Positions 1 to 8,444 of a stretch of DNA of 64,000 bases are shown one piece after another; position 1 is the stretch's first letter; each line of letters starts with the position of its first letter. The position numbers and the translations under genes are program-made. Origin of the DNA: an uncultured Caldilineales bacterium (GTDB lineage Bacteria; Chloroflexota; Anaerolineae; JAAEKA01); the NCBI GenBank assembly GCA_937907455.1, contig CALESQ010000111.1, positions 21,454 through 85,453 on the forward strand. Reading direction: 5' to 3'. The notes under the pieces are model-generated. The model saw only the letters and a program-made list of their open reading frames with translations, was not told the origin of the DNA and made no database searches.

Positions 1-2455
1 TCCACGTCACCATAATGTCAACGGTCGTTCTGGGGAACTGACCCTCGCGGGTGATCTCTCGCTCAGTGATGGCCATGCTGACGTTGGTCGTAAGCCCCGG
101 CCGGCTCATCAGACGCATGAAGGTGTCGGCGTCGGTGAACTCATCCAGCCGCGCGGGCGCGCCGGCGATCTGCGGCTGCCCACCCTCTGGTCGCCACTGC
201 CCGCCGCGCTCGTCGCCGGCCGGCCAACGAGGCTGCGAGGGGTCGTAAGTTTTTTCGATGCCGAACAGCTCAGCAAAGCGCCGGCGGTCGTCCTCTCTGG
301 CGCCGCTGCCCACAACCCTGGGGCGGTAGCCCTGTTGAGCTGCGGCGGTGATCTGGTAGGGGCCGAAGACCCGTACCATCATCCCGTCGTCGCGCTCCAT
401 CAGGCTGGTCTCTTCAGCTTTTAGCCCGCGCCCGCCCAGGTCCCGGAACTTACGGTTGACCTGCTGGATGTCATTGCTGGCGCGCGCCGTAACCTTTTCG
501 TGGGCCTCCTCCAGGTTCAGTTGCCAGGCGTTCTGCTCGGCGACCAACTGGTTGCGCAACTTGTTGACTTGGCGGGTGTCCATCCACTGGTCGTCACGGT
601 AGCCCAGCGCCTGCCAGAGGTGCTCAGAGCCGTAGGTGGCAATCTTGCCGTCGGCGTGCTCCACGAAATAGACGTGAACGATCTTGCGTCCACAGGTGGC
701 GCACTTGCCGGCGTTGTCCCAGTCGCTGACCTGTTTGCTGTAGTAGCCCTCGTGTTCGTTGTAGGCCAGGTCCTCGACCGTCTTGTGTTCGTAGGCGACC
801 AGTTTGCTGCCGTTGGGGCCGGTAAAGGGCCGGTTCGACCGCATGTAGAGCTTGGCGTTGCGCGGCATCACCGTGCCGCCGCCGTCCTCGGACCACTGAC
901 CGCCCTCTGGCTGCCCCGCCGGCACGCGCGGCTGGTCGGGGTTAAACTTCTTCTCTCCCATCGCGAACACGCGCCGGCTGGACCACAGCGTCACCACGTC
1001 GCCAGCGCCGTTGATGGCCACGAAGTCCTCGCCGGGTTCCAGCCGGGCGCGCCGGGCCTTCTCCGCCACGGCCTGGTCAACGGCCGGCGGGGTGGCCTGC
1101 TCGGCGGCCGGCGGGGTGGCCTGCTCAGCCGGCGGCGGCTCCTCGCGCTCGACCACCTCCGGCGCCTCTTCGTCGGTGTTGGCGTTGCCGTGGACGGTGG
1201 TCATGTTGGTCTCGGCCAGCCACTCCGGCGCCATCTCCAGCTCGACCAGCCAGCGCCGGGCCTCGTCGGGCGAAATGAGCTGCCCGCCGGCCAGGGTGGC
1301 GATGTTGGCGATGACCTTCTCCCGGATCGTCTCGCGCAGCAGGTCGTCTTCCGAGTCCTTCTGGTCGAAGACGAACTCCAGCCCCTCCGGCAGGATGTCC
1401 CAGTTGACCATGCGCTCGACGCTGGACAGCGCGCGCCCAAAGCCCTTGCCCTTGGCCTTCTGGGCCTGCACCTCGGCCTCGGCCTTGGTGGCGCCGGTCT
1501 GCGAGGCCGGCCAGAACTCCCGCACATCCACGCCAAAGTCGAGGGCCAGCGTGTAGACGTACAGCTCGATGGTGGTCTTCTTGTCGAAGCCCTCCGGCAG
1601 GCTGGAGAAGCTGGTCAGGTTGACGCCAATGGGGTTGATGGGTGACGACTGCGCCGCCAGCCACAGCACCCCCTTGAACGTCGTCTGCTGCTTGTCCTCT
1701 CGGTGGGCTTTGTACAGCTCAAAGGCCGACCTGACCTCGCTCTGCGTCATGCCGGTGATGGCGGCGATGCCGGGCAGCGGCATGTCGGACAGGCGCTCCT
1801 CTTCGTAGTTGTACAGCGCCATCAGCACCTGGGCGACCTTCAGCGCGCGGCTGGTGGCGCAGAAGCCCAGGCCGGCCTTGCTCTCGTCCGGCGTCGGCAT
1901 GTCCACGATGCGGGTGTAGTCGCTCGGCTCCAGAGGGATGCGCTTGCCGCTAACCGCGCCGGTGATCAGGCGGGGATAGTAGGCCGCCGGCGTCTTGGGC
2001 GACGCGAGCAGTTGCATCGTGCCGGCATCCAGGTTGTAGACGCCCAGCACTGGCCCATTCTTGCCGTGCCGGCCCAGTTCGACAAAGCCGCCCTGGTCGG
2101 CCTGCCAGTAGTCCTGGAGCAGGCGGTCGAGGAAGAAGCTCCAGCCGGCGCCGGCGTCAGCCTCGGCCAGTATCTCCTGGTAGCGGGTGACGCGGTTGCG
2201 GCCGCCGGTGATTTGCCAGTCCAGCGAGACGGCCTTGCTGGTCATGCTGGACAGCGCGCCCACCAGGATCGGCTCCTGGCGGGCAAACTCGCGCAGCTTG
2301 TCCACCCGGCTCGGATTGCCCCATTCTGGTATCGTGTTCTCGGACGTGAAGCGGTCGAAGAAGGTCCACAAATACGCAGACGCGTCGGTCATCTGCCTGG
2401 CGTCGAAGCGGGGTTGTACCGAGAGTTTGCCGTTGGTGGCGGTCGTGGTTGGCAT
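1..2455 (-). CDS. Large phage portal/head-morphogenesis-like protein; portal-like N-terminus fused to an extension with a zinc ribbon and repeated PxQPRxPAGxxxGGQW motifs; partial (C-terminus beyond window start)
   Basis: rc ATG at 2453-2455 (MPTTTATNGKLSVQPRF...); open minus-strand frame down to nt 1 (absent from ORF track: no stop inside window); motifs FNPDQPRVPAGQPEGGQW (nt ~890-950) and YDPSQPRWPAGDERGGQW (nt ~180-240); 24-bp tandem duplication at ~1075-1125. Confidence 0.55.
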   Translation of the reverse strand, partial: MPTTTATNGKLSVQPRFDARQMTDASAYLWTFFDRFTSENTIPEWGNPSRVDKLREFARQEPILVGALSSMTSKAVSLDWQITGGRNRVTRYQEILAEADAGAGWSFFLDRLLQDYWQADQGGFVELGRHGKNGPVLGVYNLDAGTMQLLASPKTPAAYYPRLITGAVSGKRIPLEPSDYTRIVDMPTPDESKAGLGFCATSRALKVAQVLMALYNYEEERLSDMPLPGIAAITGMTQSEVRSAFELYKAHREDKQQTTFKGVLWLAAQSSPINPIGVNLTSFSSLPEGFDKKTTIELYVYTLALDFGVDVREFWPASQTGATKAEAEVQAQKAKGKGFGRALSSVERMVNWDILPEGLEFVFDQKDSEDDLLRETIREKVIANIATLAGGQLISPDEARRWLVELEMAPEWLAETNMTTVHGNANTDEEAPEVVEREEPPPAEQATPPAAEQATPPAVDQAVAEKARRARLEPGEDFVAINGAGDVVTLWSSRRVFAMGEKKFNPDQPRVPAGQPEGGQWSEDGGGTVMPRNAKLYMRSNRPFTGPNGSKLVAYEHKTVEDLAYNEHEGYYSKQVSDWDNAGKCATCGRKIVHVYFVEHADGKIATYGSEHLWQALGYRDDQWMDTRQVNKLRNQLVAEQNAWQLNLEEAHEKVTARASNDIQQVNRKFRDLGGRGLKAEETSLMERDDGMMVRVFGPYQITAAAQQGYRPRVVGSGAREDDRRRFAELFGIEKTYDPSQPRWPAGDERGGQWRPEGGQPQIAGAPARLDEFTDADTFMRLMSRPGLTTNVSMAITEREITREGQFPRTTVDIMVTW

Positions 2456-2631
2456 GGCCGGCCCGAATACGAAAAACGCCCCGCGAGAAGAAGGCTCTCG
2501 CGGGGCGCAGGGTTAGCGGTGGGTGTAGCGGCGCTCAAGGCGCTCAACGTTGTTCGTCGGCTACTCAGCCAGTATAGCACGCGACAGGACGGGTTGTCAA
2601 GACCCAAGTTTGAGTTACTCGAACTCGATAC

Positions 2632-2660
2632 TTGACAGATTTTGGTTATAGGTGTATAAT
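2632..2660 (+). promoter_or_regulatory. sigma70-type promoter, conserved cassette copy 1 (TTGACA-N17-TATAAT)
   Basis: TTGACA 2632-2637, TATAAT 2655-2660, followed by conserved TCCTTTGACGGTAGAGAGAGG block. Confidence 0.7.
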
Positions 2661-2713
2661 TCCTTTGACGGTAGAGAGAGGCCGCAGGGCCAACAGCCAA
2701 GGAGCGCACCCCC

Positions 2714-2899
2714 ATGAAACGCATCGCCACCGCAACGGCCAAAGCCTGGCCCCACACCTACACCTACCGGCTCTACCAGTTTGGCCCCCGGACCTTCGCC
2801 TGGATGGCCGGCAGCTTCCGGGTGAGCGGCCTGCCCAACTACCGCAACGCCGAAGCTGCGCTGGCTGCGGCCAAGGAGCTGGGCTGGACGATTGTCTAG
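2714..2899 (+). CDS. hypothetical phage early protein (61 aa)
   Basis: ORF track; RBS CAAGGAG 7 nt upstream. Confidence 0.6.
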   Translation: MKRIATATAKAWPHTYTYRLYQFGPRTFAWMAGSFRVSGLPNYRNAEAALAAAKELGWTIV

Positions 2900-2915
2900 C
2901 CGGCCGGCCGGCCCG

Positions 2916-2936
2916 AATCCGCAAAATTTGCGGATT
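2916..2936. promoter_or_regulatory. palindromic operator-like site (ATCCGCAAA-N1-TTTGCGGAT), copy 1
   Basis: gaatccgcaaaatttgcggattt between gene end and next RBS. Confidence 0.55.
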
Positions 2937-2959
2937 TGCCCAACAAGGAGACCTGACCC

Positions 2960-3148
2960 ATGACCGCAGACGAGCTACAGAAAGGCTATCTCTACCGCAT
3001 CAAGGCCGACGTGGCGCTCAAGGTTTGCGCCGGCCCCATGTTCTACATAGGCGTGACGACGTACCGGGGCGTCGCCTACCACGACTTCTGGGATTCCAAG
3101 CTGCGCCTGCATCACTGGATCGCCCCAGAGGAGGTAGAACTGGTATGA
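2960..3148 (+). CDS. hypothetical protein (62 aa)
   Basis: ORF track; RBS CAAGGAGACC. Confidence 0.6.
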   Translation: MTADELQKGYLYRIKADVALKVCAGPMFYIGVTTYRGVAYHDFWDSKLRLHHWIAPEEVELV

Positions 3149-3285
3149 CCCGTATCAAGCTACGCAGGACGGCGACTTGCCCGGTGTGCAAGCGTAAGAT
3201 TACCCTGATCAAGCACAGCGGCACGCTCCGTCGGCACATGAGCAGCCCCGGCGTTGTTTGCGCTGGCGCGTGGAGGAAGCCATGA
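3145..3285 (+). CDS. small zinc-ribbon protein (46 aa, CPVC...C..C)
   Basis: ATGA start/stop overlap with upstream gene; MTRIKLRRTATCPVCKRKITLIKHSG... Confidence 0.5.
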   Translation: MTRIKLRRTATCPVCKRKITLIKHSGTLRRHMSSPGVVCAGAWRKP

Positions 3286-3488
3286 CCACCGCTACCCTGA
3301 TCTGCGCCGACGGGACCCCCGTCACCATCGTCAACGTCCCGGCCTGGGTGATGGCCTACGCCAAGCACAAGGCCGGCGGCGGGCGCCTCGGCTTGGCCGC
3401 GTGGCTGGGCGAGCACGACCTGGCGACCCTGGCCGCGTTGGAGGCGGACGGCGCGCTGAGCGACCCGCTACTGGAGGGCGCCCGATGA
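3282..3488 (+). CDS. hypothetical protein (68 aa)
   Basis: ATG 3282 after GGAGGAAGCC RBS; in frame with track ORF 3258..3488. Confidence 0.5.
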   Translation: MTTATLICADGTPVTIVNVPAWVMAYAKHKAGGGRLGLAAWLGEHDLATLAALEADGALSDPLLEGAR

Positions 3489-3673
3489 CCGACCTAAAGA
3501 TCGGCGATAAAGTCATTTGGCAGGAGACAAGGAAGTGGGGAGGCAAACAGAACTGTCCTGCCACTTTTCTCGGCTATGTCGGCAAGAAGAGCATCAGCGC
3601 GCAAATCGACGTAGCCGGCCAGCGCAAGACTGTGCGCGTCGCCAACCTTAGCAAAGAGGAGACTACCCCATGA
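3485..3673 (+). CDS. hypothetical protein (62 aa)
   Basis: ATGA overlap; lower-GC codon usage; in frame with track ORF 3254..3673. Confidence 0.5.
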   Translation: MTDLKIGDKVIWQETRKWGGKQNCPATFLGYVGKKSISAQIDVAGQRKTVRVANLSKEETTP

Positions 3674-4026
3674 CCATCCCCACCTTCGACGAGCAAGCCA
3701 CCGCCGACCTGCTGGCCACCATCGAAAACGCCAAGACCCGCCAGGACGTGGTGCCGGCCTACGCCGCTGGCATCATGCACAAGCCCGGCCCCCGCTTCCT
3801 GCCGGCCAACGAGGCCATCACCGCCAAGTGGTCGAAGGCCGGCCTGCGCTGGATCAAGCAGCAGGCGTGGAAGATCGTGGACGCGGAGACGCTCAAGCAG
3901 TCGCGCGCCGATGCCGGCACGATCTGGGCCATCCAAGAAAACGGCCTGATCCTGGTCGAGCTGGCGGAGTGCCTGTGGCCGGTCAACGCAGAGGACATCC
4001 AGCCGGCAAAGGAGGCAACCCCATGA
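3670..4026 (+). CDS. hypothetical protein (118 aa)
   Basis: ORF track; ATGA overlap with neighbours. Confidence 0.6.
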   Translation: MTIPTFDEQATADLLATIENAKTRQDVVPAYAAGIMHKPGPRFLPANEAITAKWSKAGLRWIKQQAWKIVDAETLKQSRADAGTIWAIQENGLILVELAECLWPVNAEDIQPAKEATP

Positions 4027-4256
4027 CCGCATCAACTGGCTACCGCAAGCTGACGACCCAGTATCTGGAAACCGTAGACGGGCACGGCCACGCCAGCGCC
4101 GTTAGACTGCTCAGTGATGCCGAAGCGCTGCTGCGTGACGCGCTGGACTTGTTCAGCGGCACCCACGAACTTTGCGATGAAGTCGAGTCGCCTGAGTGGA
4201 TTTGGCGCTGGCGCGTGTTGGAGTTGCTAGATGACGCCCAGGAGGTGCAGATATGA
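4023..4256 (+). CDS. hypothetical protein (77 aa)
   Basis: ATG 4023 overlapping upstream stop; in frame with track ORF 3828..4256. Confidence 0.5.
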   Translation: MTASTGYRKLTTQYLETVDGHGHASAVRLLSDAEALLRDALDLFSGTHELCDEVESPEWIWRWRVLELLDDAQEVQI

Positions 4257-4501
4257 CCCACCCGACCGACCCCCGCGACGCCGCGATTGACGCTATACTC
4301 GCCAATCGCGGCTTGCCGTTCACAACGTACACTGATCCGTCAAGCGCCAGCCTGCAACGGCGGCTCGGTATCTCCCAGCGCGCCATCGTCAACGCCTGTA
4401 AGCGCAACGGCTGGCCCTGGCGCAAGGTCTACGGCCGCATCTGGGTGTGCGCCGACTTCGAGCAGCGCTGGGCGGAGATCACCGGAAAGGACAGCATTTA
4501 A
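4253..4501 (+). CDS. hypothetical protein (82 aa)
   Basis: ORF track; ATGA overlap. Confidence 0.6.
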   Translation: MTHPTDPRDAAIDAILANRGLPFTTYTDPSSASLQRRLGISQRAIVNACKRNGWPWRKVYGRIWVCADFEQRWAEITGKDSI

Positions 4502-4782
4502 TGCGTACCCTACCCCATAACGCCCTAGAGCTAGGCCCCCTGGCCGGCCCTTGGATCGACGCGACCGCCTTCGACGAACACCACGTGACGCTGGCCGAAT
4601 TAGATGCAGCCGCCGCTTTCCCGGCTGACTGGAGCAGGATTCTAGATGCGCGTCCTTTTACTGGCGTAACGGCTATAATTCACGATTTCGTCCGGCCCCA
4701 TGTGCGCGGCGAGGGCGACGTAATCGAGCACCAAACCATCGTCCACGCCAAGGGACTGGCCACGATCATGGCGTTCGCCTGA
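4501..4782 (+). CDS. hypothetical protein (93 aa)
   Basis: ATG 4501 overlapping TAA of upstream gene; frame of track ORF 4447..4782. Confidence 0.5.
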   Translation: MRTLPHNALELGPLAGPWIDATAFDEHHVTLAELDAAAAFPADWSRILDARPFTGVTAIIHDFVRPHVRGEGDVIEHQTIVHAKGLATIMAFA

Positions 4783-4804
4783 TGCGCGCGGTCGTAATTG
4801 ATAC

Positions 4805-4833
4805 TTGACAGTTTTTGCTTTTGGGTGTATAAT
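4805..4833 (+). promoter_or_regulatory. conserved promoter cassette copy 2
   Basis: TTGACA 4805-4810, N17, TATAAT 4828-4833, then ACTCTTGACGGCACAGAGAGG. Confidence 0.7.
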
Positions 4834-4891
4834 ACTCTTGACGGCACAGAGAGGCCACACCGGCCATCACCCACAGCAAGGAGACCAGACG

Positions 4892-5272
4892 ATGAGCAAC
4901 ACCAGCCGCAGCCTACGCCAAGAGGAAATCGACAGCTACAACCGCCAGCGCTTCATCGACCAGGTGCTGGCGGCCATCGCCAACGGGCGCAAGGTACGCT
5001 TCCTGATCCACAAGCGCAACTACAGCCTGGTCGAGGTGCAGAAACGCACCACTGGAGAGTACGAGTTTCAGGTAGCCGACCGCTCCCGCTACACCTACCG
5101 CATGAGTGACTTCATCCAGTTTCTGGAGACCATCTACGACAGCGGCGCCGAGATCATCAGCCTGACCGGCGAGGCCGAGATCACCGCCGAACGACAGACC
5201 GCCAACGCCGACGCCGAGCCGGATCACGACTACGAGATCGCCAAGCGCCAGGAGGCGCAGAAAGGAGAGTAA
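4892..5272 (+). CDS. hypothetical protein (126 aa)
   Basis: ATG 4892 after CAAGGAGACCAGAC; frame of ORF 4805..5272. Confidence 0.6.
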   Translation: MSNTSRSLRQEEIDSYNRQRFIDQVLAAIANGRKVRFLIHKRNYSLVEVQKRTTGEYEFQVADRSRYTYRMSDFIQFLETIYDSGAEIISLTGEAEITAERQTANADAEPDHDYEIAKRQEAQKGE

Positions 5273-5509
5273 GCCCTGAACACAAACCCCGGTCCCGGAC
5301 AGCCCCGCCGCTCAAACGTAGCCAATCGTGCGACGCGGCGGGGCAGTGGACCGAGACACCGCCGTCGCTGGGTGTGTGCCCAGCCCGATGAAGCGAAAGC
5401 AGAAACGGCACCTTACCACCAGAATGAAGCGGCTGAATAACGAGGCGTCGGGACGCCTACACGTTGATTGATCCCAACGTGAGACTGCGCACCACTTGGA
5501 AATGACCAA

Positions 5510-5645
5510 GCCCGTGTAGCTCAAACGGCAGAGCAGCCACCAGCACTTACAGCCGGGCGATGATCCCTCCCGGACTAAGTAGAAGGCAAGCTGATCACTT
5601 GCTGGCTGAAATGGAAGGTTGGAAGTTCAAGTCCTCCCACGGGCA
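5510..5645 (+). ncRNA. tRNA-like element with a ~63-nt insertion in place of the anticodon arm (interrupted, intron-containing or degenerate tRNA)
   Basis: 7/7 acceptor pairing GCCCGTG (5510-5516) with CACGGGC (5638-5644); D-arm GCTC-AAACGGCA-GAGC (5519-5534); T-arm GGAAG-TTCAAGT-CCTCC (5621-5637, one mismatch); discriminator A; insert 5540-5602 folds into two hairpins (CCGGG..CCCGG; GCAAG-CTGATCA-CTTGC) closed by AGCCA/TGGCT. Confidence 0.35.
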
Positions 5646-5886
5646 GCGCGCAGTGTAGGCCGCAAAAACAGCAATCAATACGACAGTACCTTACCAACCT
5701 CACAACGCACCCGTCGCCCATCAACGGCGACGCCCCAGGCAGGAGCGCTGTCAGCGGGAAAACCGCTGAAGCTGCGGCGAAGCCGAAAGCCCGCCGGCCC
5801 AGCGCTCCGGGCCGAACCCCGATACCACGGTGGGCGCCGGGTTTGCCGGCGAGTGAGCGTGAGGACCAGCACAAGGAGACCGCCCC

Positions 5887-6180
5887 ATGAACTGCCCCTG
5901 CTGCGGCAAGCCCATCAGTCAGAAAGACCTCAACACGCCCTACATCGACCGCCACGGGCACGCCATCAGAGGCGTCTACGAGCACAGCCGCTGCGGCGCC
6001 GTGCTGGGCCAGTGCTACAAGGGCGACGCCTACGGCATCTACATCCCCCAGTGGGCGCCGGCCGACACGCCAGCCGAGAACCAGCGCTACTTTGACCTGA
6101 CCGTGCTGGGCAGCGCCGGCATCGAGCGGGTCCACGGCTGGTTCGATATCGAGACCCGCAAGCTGACCCGGGTCGGCTGA
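5887..6180 (+). CDS. hypothetical Cys-rich protein (97 aa, CPCCG motif)
   Basis: ORF track; RBS CAAGGAGACC. Confidence 0.6.
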   Translation: MNCPCCGKPISQKDLNTPYIDRHGHAIRGVYEHSRCGAVLGQCYKGDAYGIYIPQWAPADTPAENQRYFDLTVLGSAGIERVHGWFDIETRKLTRVG

Positions 6181-6227
6181 GCACAAGGGCCGGGGACCGC
6201 AACCCGGCCCGAAGGAGGAACTACCCC

Positions 6228-6446
6228 ATGCACGACGAACAGACCTTCCCTGCCGGCACCATAGCGGAGTGCAACCGCTGCAAGCAGTTCAGCCCGTTGC
6301 CCAAGCCGTGCCTGGGCCATCTGGAGGCGCCGACATCCGAGTTTCTCTCCGCCGTCTACCGCCTGGACACCATGTGCCTGCTGGGCTGCGGCCACATGGA
6401 CGCCCACTGGGTGCTCGTTACGCCGGAGAAGGAGGCAAGCTCGTGA
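6228..6446 (+). CDS. hypothetical Cys-rich protein (72 aa)
   Basis: ORF track; RBS GAAGGAGGAA. Confidence 0.6.
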   Translation: MHDEQTFPAGTIAECNRCKQFSPLPKPCLGHLEAPTSEFLSAVYRLDTMCLLGCGHMDAHWVLVTPEKEASS

Positions 6447-6778
6447 CCGACAAGGAATACATCAGCGAGATCACCGCCGCCCTTCGGGACTGGGCGGGCA
6501 GGTGCGCCGGCGACCTGAGCGACAAGGACGCCCACGCCAGCCAGTGGCGCCAGCGCTTCCGGGAGTTCGGCTACGGCCTGGGCGACCTGCTGGCGCGCGG
6601 CAAGACGAGCGGCGCCGCCATCCGCAGCACCACCGGCTCGGCCTACTCGACCCTATACGTGGTCAACGCCTTCAACCGCCGGCCCGGCGTGGTGCTCAGC
6701 GCCGGCGACGTGGTGGGCGAGATCAACACCGGCATCGCCCAGGCCCAGGCCGACCGCACCGCCATCAAGGAGACCTGA
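6443..6778 (+). CDS. hypothetical protein (111 aa)
   Basis: GTG 6443 (GTGA overlap) after GGAGGCAAG RBS; frame of ORF 6269..6778. Confidence 0.5.
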   Translation: MTDKEYISEITAALRDWAGRCAGDLSDKDAHASQWRQRFREFGYGLGDLLARGKTSGAAIRSTTGSAYSTLYVVNAFNRRPGVVLSAGDVVGEINTGIAQAQADRTAIKET

Positions 6779-6781
6779 CCC

Positions 6782-7078
6782 ATGCCCCGCAAGCAGACCG
6801 TCCACGGCAAGCCCATCGTCCGCAAGTCCACCCACGTCCGCTACTTCTCGCAGCACCGCATCTGCCTGGAGTACCGCCCCCTGTCCAGGCCAAAGCACGA
6901 GTACGTCGCCTGGTTCATCGGCGACGACGGCAAGGAGGCCGGCTACGACGTGACCAAGAAGGTCTATGACGGCTTGCGCGTGCCTGAGACCGTCCACAAC
7001 AGCGCCAGCGACCGCCTGGAGTGGGAGCGCCTACAAAAGCGCCGGCAGCCCAGCTACAGCGGCTTTGTAAGACCTTGA
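6782..7078 (+). CDS. hypothetical protein (98 aa)
   Basis: ORF track; RBS GGAGACC. Confidence 0.6.
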   Translation: MPRKQTVHGKPIVRKSTHVRYFSQHRICLEYRPLSRPKHEYVAWFIGDDGKEAGYDVTKKVYDGLRVPETVHNSASDRLEWERLQKRRQPSYSGFVRP

Positions 7079-7090
7079 AGGAGACCACCC

Positions 7091-7324
7091 ATGCGCTGCA
7101 CCCAACGCATCCCACCGCCCGGAGCGAACGACCTGCACCCCGCCGCCAAGCCATGCACGCGGGAGGCAACCCACAAGTTGATCGCCCCTAACGGCACCCT
7201 GATCCCCGGCGGGCTGTGCCTTGAACACGGCCAGGCCGTGGTCGAGGAGTACGCCGCCAAGCTGGGCGAGACCTGGACCTTGCGGCCGGTCGATGAGCAC
7301 GGCCGGCTGGTGATCGAGGAATAA
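7091..7324 (+). CDS. hypothetical protein (77 aa)
   Basis: ORF track; RBS GAAGGAGACC. Confidence 0.6.
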   Translation: MRCTQRIPPPGANDLHPAAKPCTREATHKLIAPNGTLIPGGLCLEHGQAVVEEYAAKLGETWTLRPVDEHGRLVIEE

Positions 7325-8442
7325 TGGCAAAGAAGACCGGCCCCAACCTCGACAGCCGCGACCCAGCCGGCGAGATCATCAAGCACCTGCTGCGGGTCCA
7401 GTCCTGGACGGGCAACAATATATCCCGCATCTTCGAGGACTGGTTGCAGCTCGTGGAGTCGGAGCTTGACAACCTGCCGGCCCACCTGGAGAGCGCCGTC
7501 AAGAGCGGCAAGCTGGCCGAAGGCTCGCCGGAGACCCAGGCGCTGTGGCAGCGGATGCGCAGCGTCTACAAGCGGCCGGAGTGCTGGGAGCAGTTCAGCA
7601 TGGCCTTTGCCATCCTGCTCGACCAGTCCGAGCGCTTCTGGCAACGCGACCCGGCGCCGACCTCCTACGGCTATGACCTGGTGGGCCGGGTCTACTCCGA
7701 GTTTTCCTACAAGCAAGGCAGCGGCCAGTATTTCACCCCCTGGCCCATTGCCGAGATGATGAGCCAAATCACGATGGCCGGCATGGACGGCCCCGACATC
7801 ACCCAGGAAGTGATCGACCGCCTGAACGCGGCCGGCCGCGCGGTGCTGGCCGACGACAGCGACCCCCTCCAGGCGCTGCTGATGGCCACCACCCTGGCCG
7901 GCCTGATGCTGGACAGCCCCAGCGTCAGCGACGAAGACCGCTTCGAGTACCTGACGACCCGGCTGCTGCCCTTGGTGGCCCACAAGTATAAGCCCATCAA
8001 GATCAGTGACCCTTCCTGCGGGTCCGGCATCATGTTCGTGGCGGCCGCGTTCCATATCCCCGCTTGGATCGTCCAGAACGGCCTGGTCCAGTTCTACGGC
8101 ATGGACATCGACGCCGTTTGCGTCCGCATGGCCCGGATCAACGTCATGCTCTACGGCCTCAACGGCGCCTACGTCAAGTCAGCCCTGGCCCTTTCCGCCG
8201 GGGAGCTGGCCGCCCTGCCCCAGCCCTACGTCGCAGCCTACGAAGCCGCCCAGGCCGCCAACGGCGCCGGCGACCAGGAGACCGTCCAGGCCCTGGCCGA
8301 GGCGGTGCGCCAGCAGCAGGCCCTGTTCGACATCGACGCCTTCCAGGCCAGCCGACCGGCCACCAGCGCCAGCAAGCGCCGGCCGGCGGCCTCACCCAAA
8401 GCGCCGGCCCTCACCGAGGCGCTGTTCGAGATCGGAGAGTAA
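7324..8442 (+). CDS. N6-adenine DNA methyltransferase-like protein (HsdM-like motif X GQYFTP and motif I DPSCGSG) that lacks a recognisable motif IV (N/DPPY/F); Ala-rich C-terminal tail
   Basis: 372-aa ORF; motifs GQYFTPWPIAEMM, ISDPSCGSGIMFV, MARINVMLYGLNG; no NPPF/DPPY anywhere in the protein. Confidence 0.55.
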   Translation: MAKKTGPNLDSRDPAGEIIKHLLRVQSWTGNNISRIFEDWLQLVESELDNLPAHLESAVKSGKLAEGSPETQALWQRMRSVYKRPECWEQFSMAFAILLDQSERFWQRDPAPTSYGYDLVGRVYSEFSYKQGSGQYFTPWPIAEMMSQITMAGMDGPDITQEVIDRLNAAGRAVLADDSDPLQALLMATTLAGLMLDSPSVSDEDRFEYLTTRLLPLVAHKYKPIKISDPSCGSGIMFVAAAFHIPAWIVQNGLVQFYGMDIDAVCVRMARINVMLYGLNGAYVKSALALSAGELAALPQPYVAAYEAAQAANGAGDQETVQALAEAVRQQQALFDIDAFQASRPATSASKRRPAASPKAPALTEALFEIGE

Positions 8443-8444
8443 CC

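Noticed and set aside
500-1645. 381-aa plus-strand ORF (and many other long ORFs antisense to annotated genes, e.g. 15475..16896, 33531..34547, 49829..50551, 61100..62920)
   Set aside because: Low-complexity Gly/Ala/Arg/Leu-rich translations typical of antisense frames in high-GC DNA. They overlap genes with clear domain signatures, RBSs and operon structure on the other strand.
5508-5648. tmRNA interpretation of the tRNA-like element
   Set aside because: A proper D-stem is present and the total length is only ~136 nt. No tag reading frame or pseudoknot region was found, so tmRNA is unlikely.
5575-6186. 203-aa minus-strand ORF spanning the non-coding region and the 5887..6180 gene
   Set aside because: Overlaps a plus-strand gene that has a consensus RBS and the tRNA-like element. 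It has no RBS and its translation is compositionally biased.
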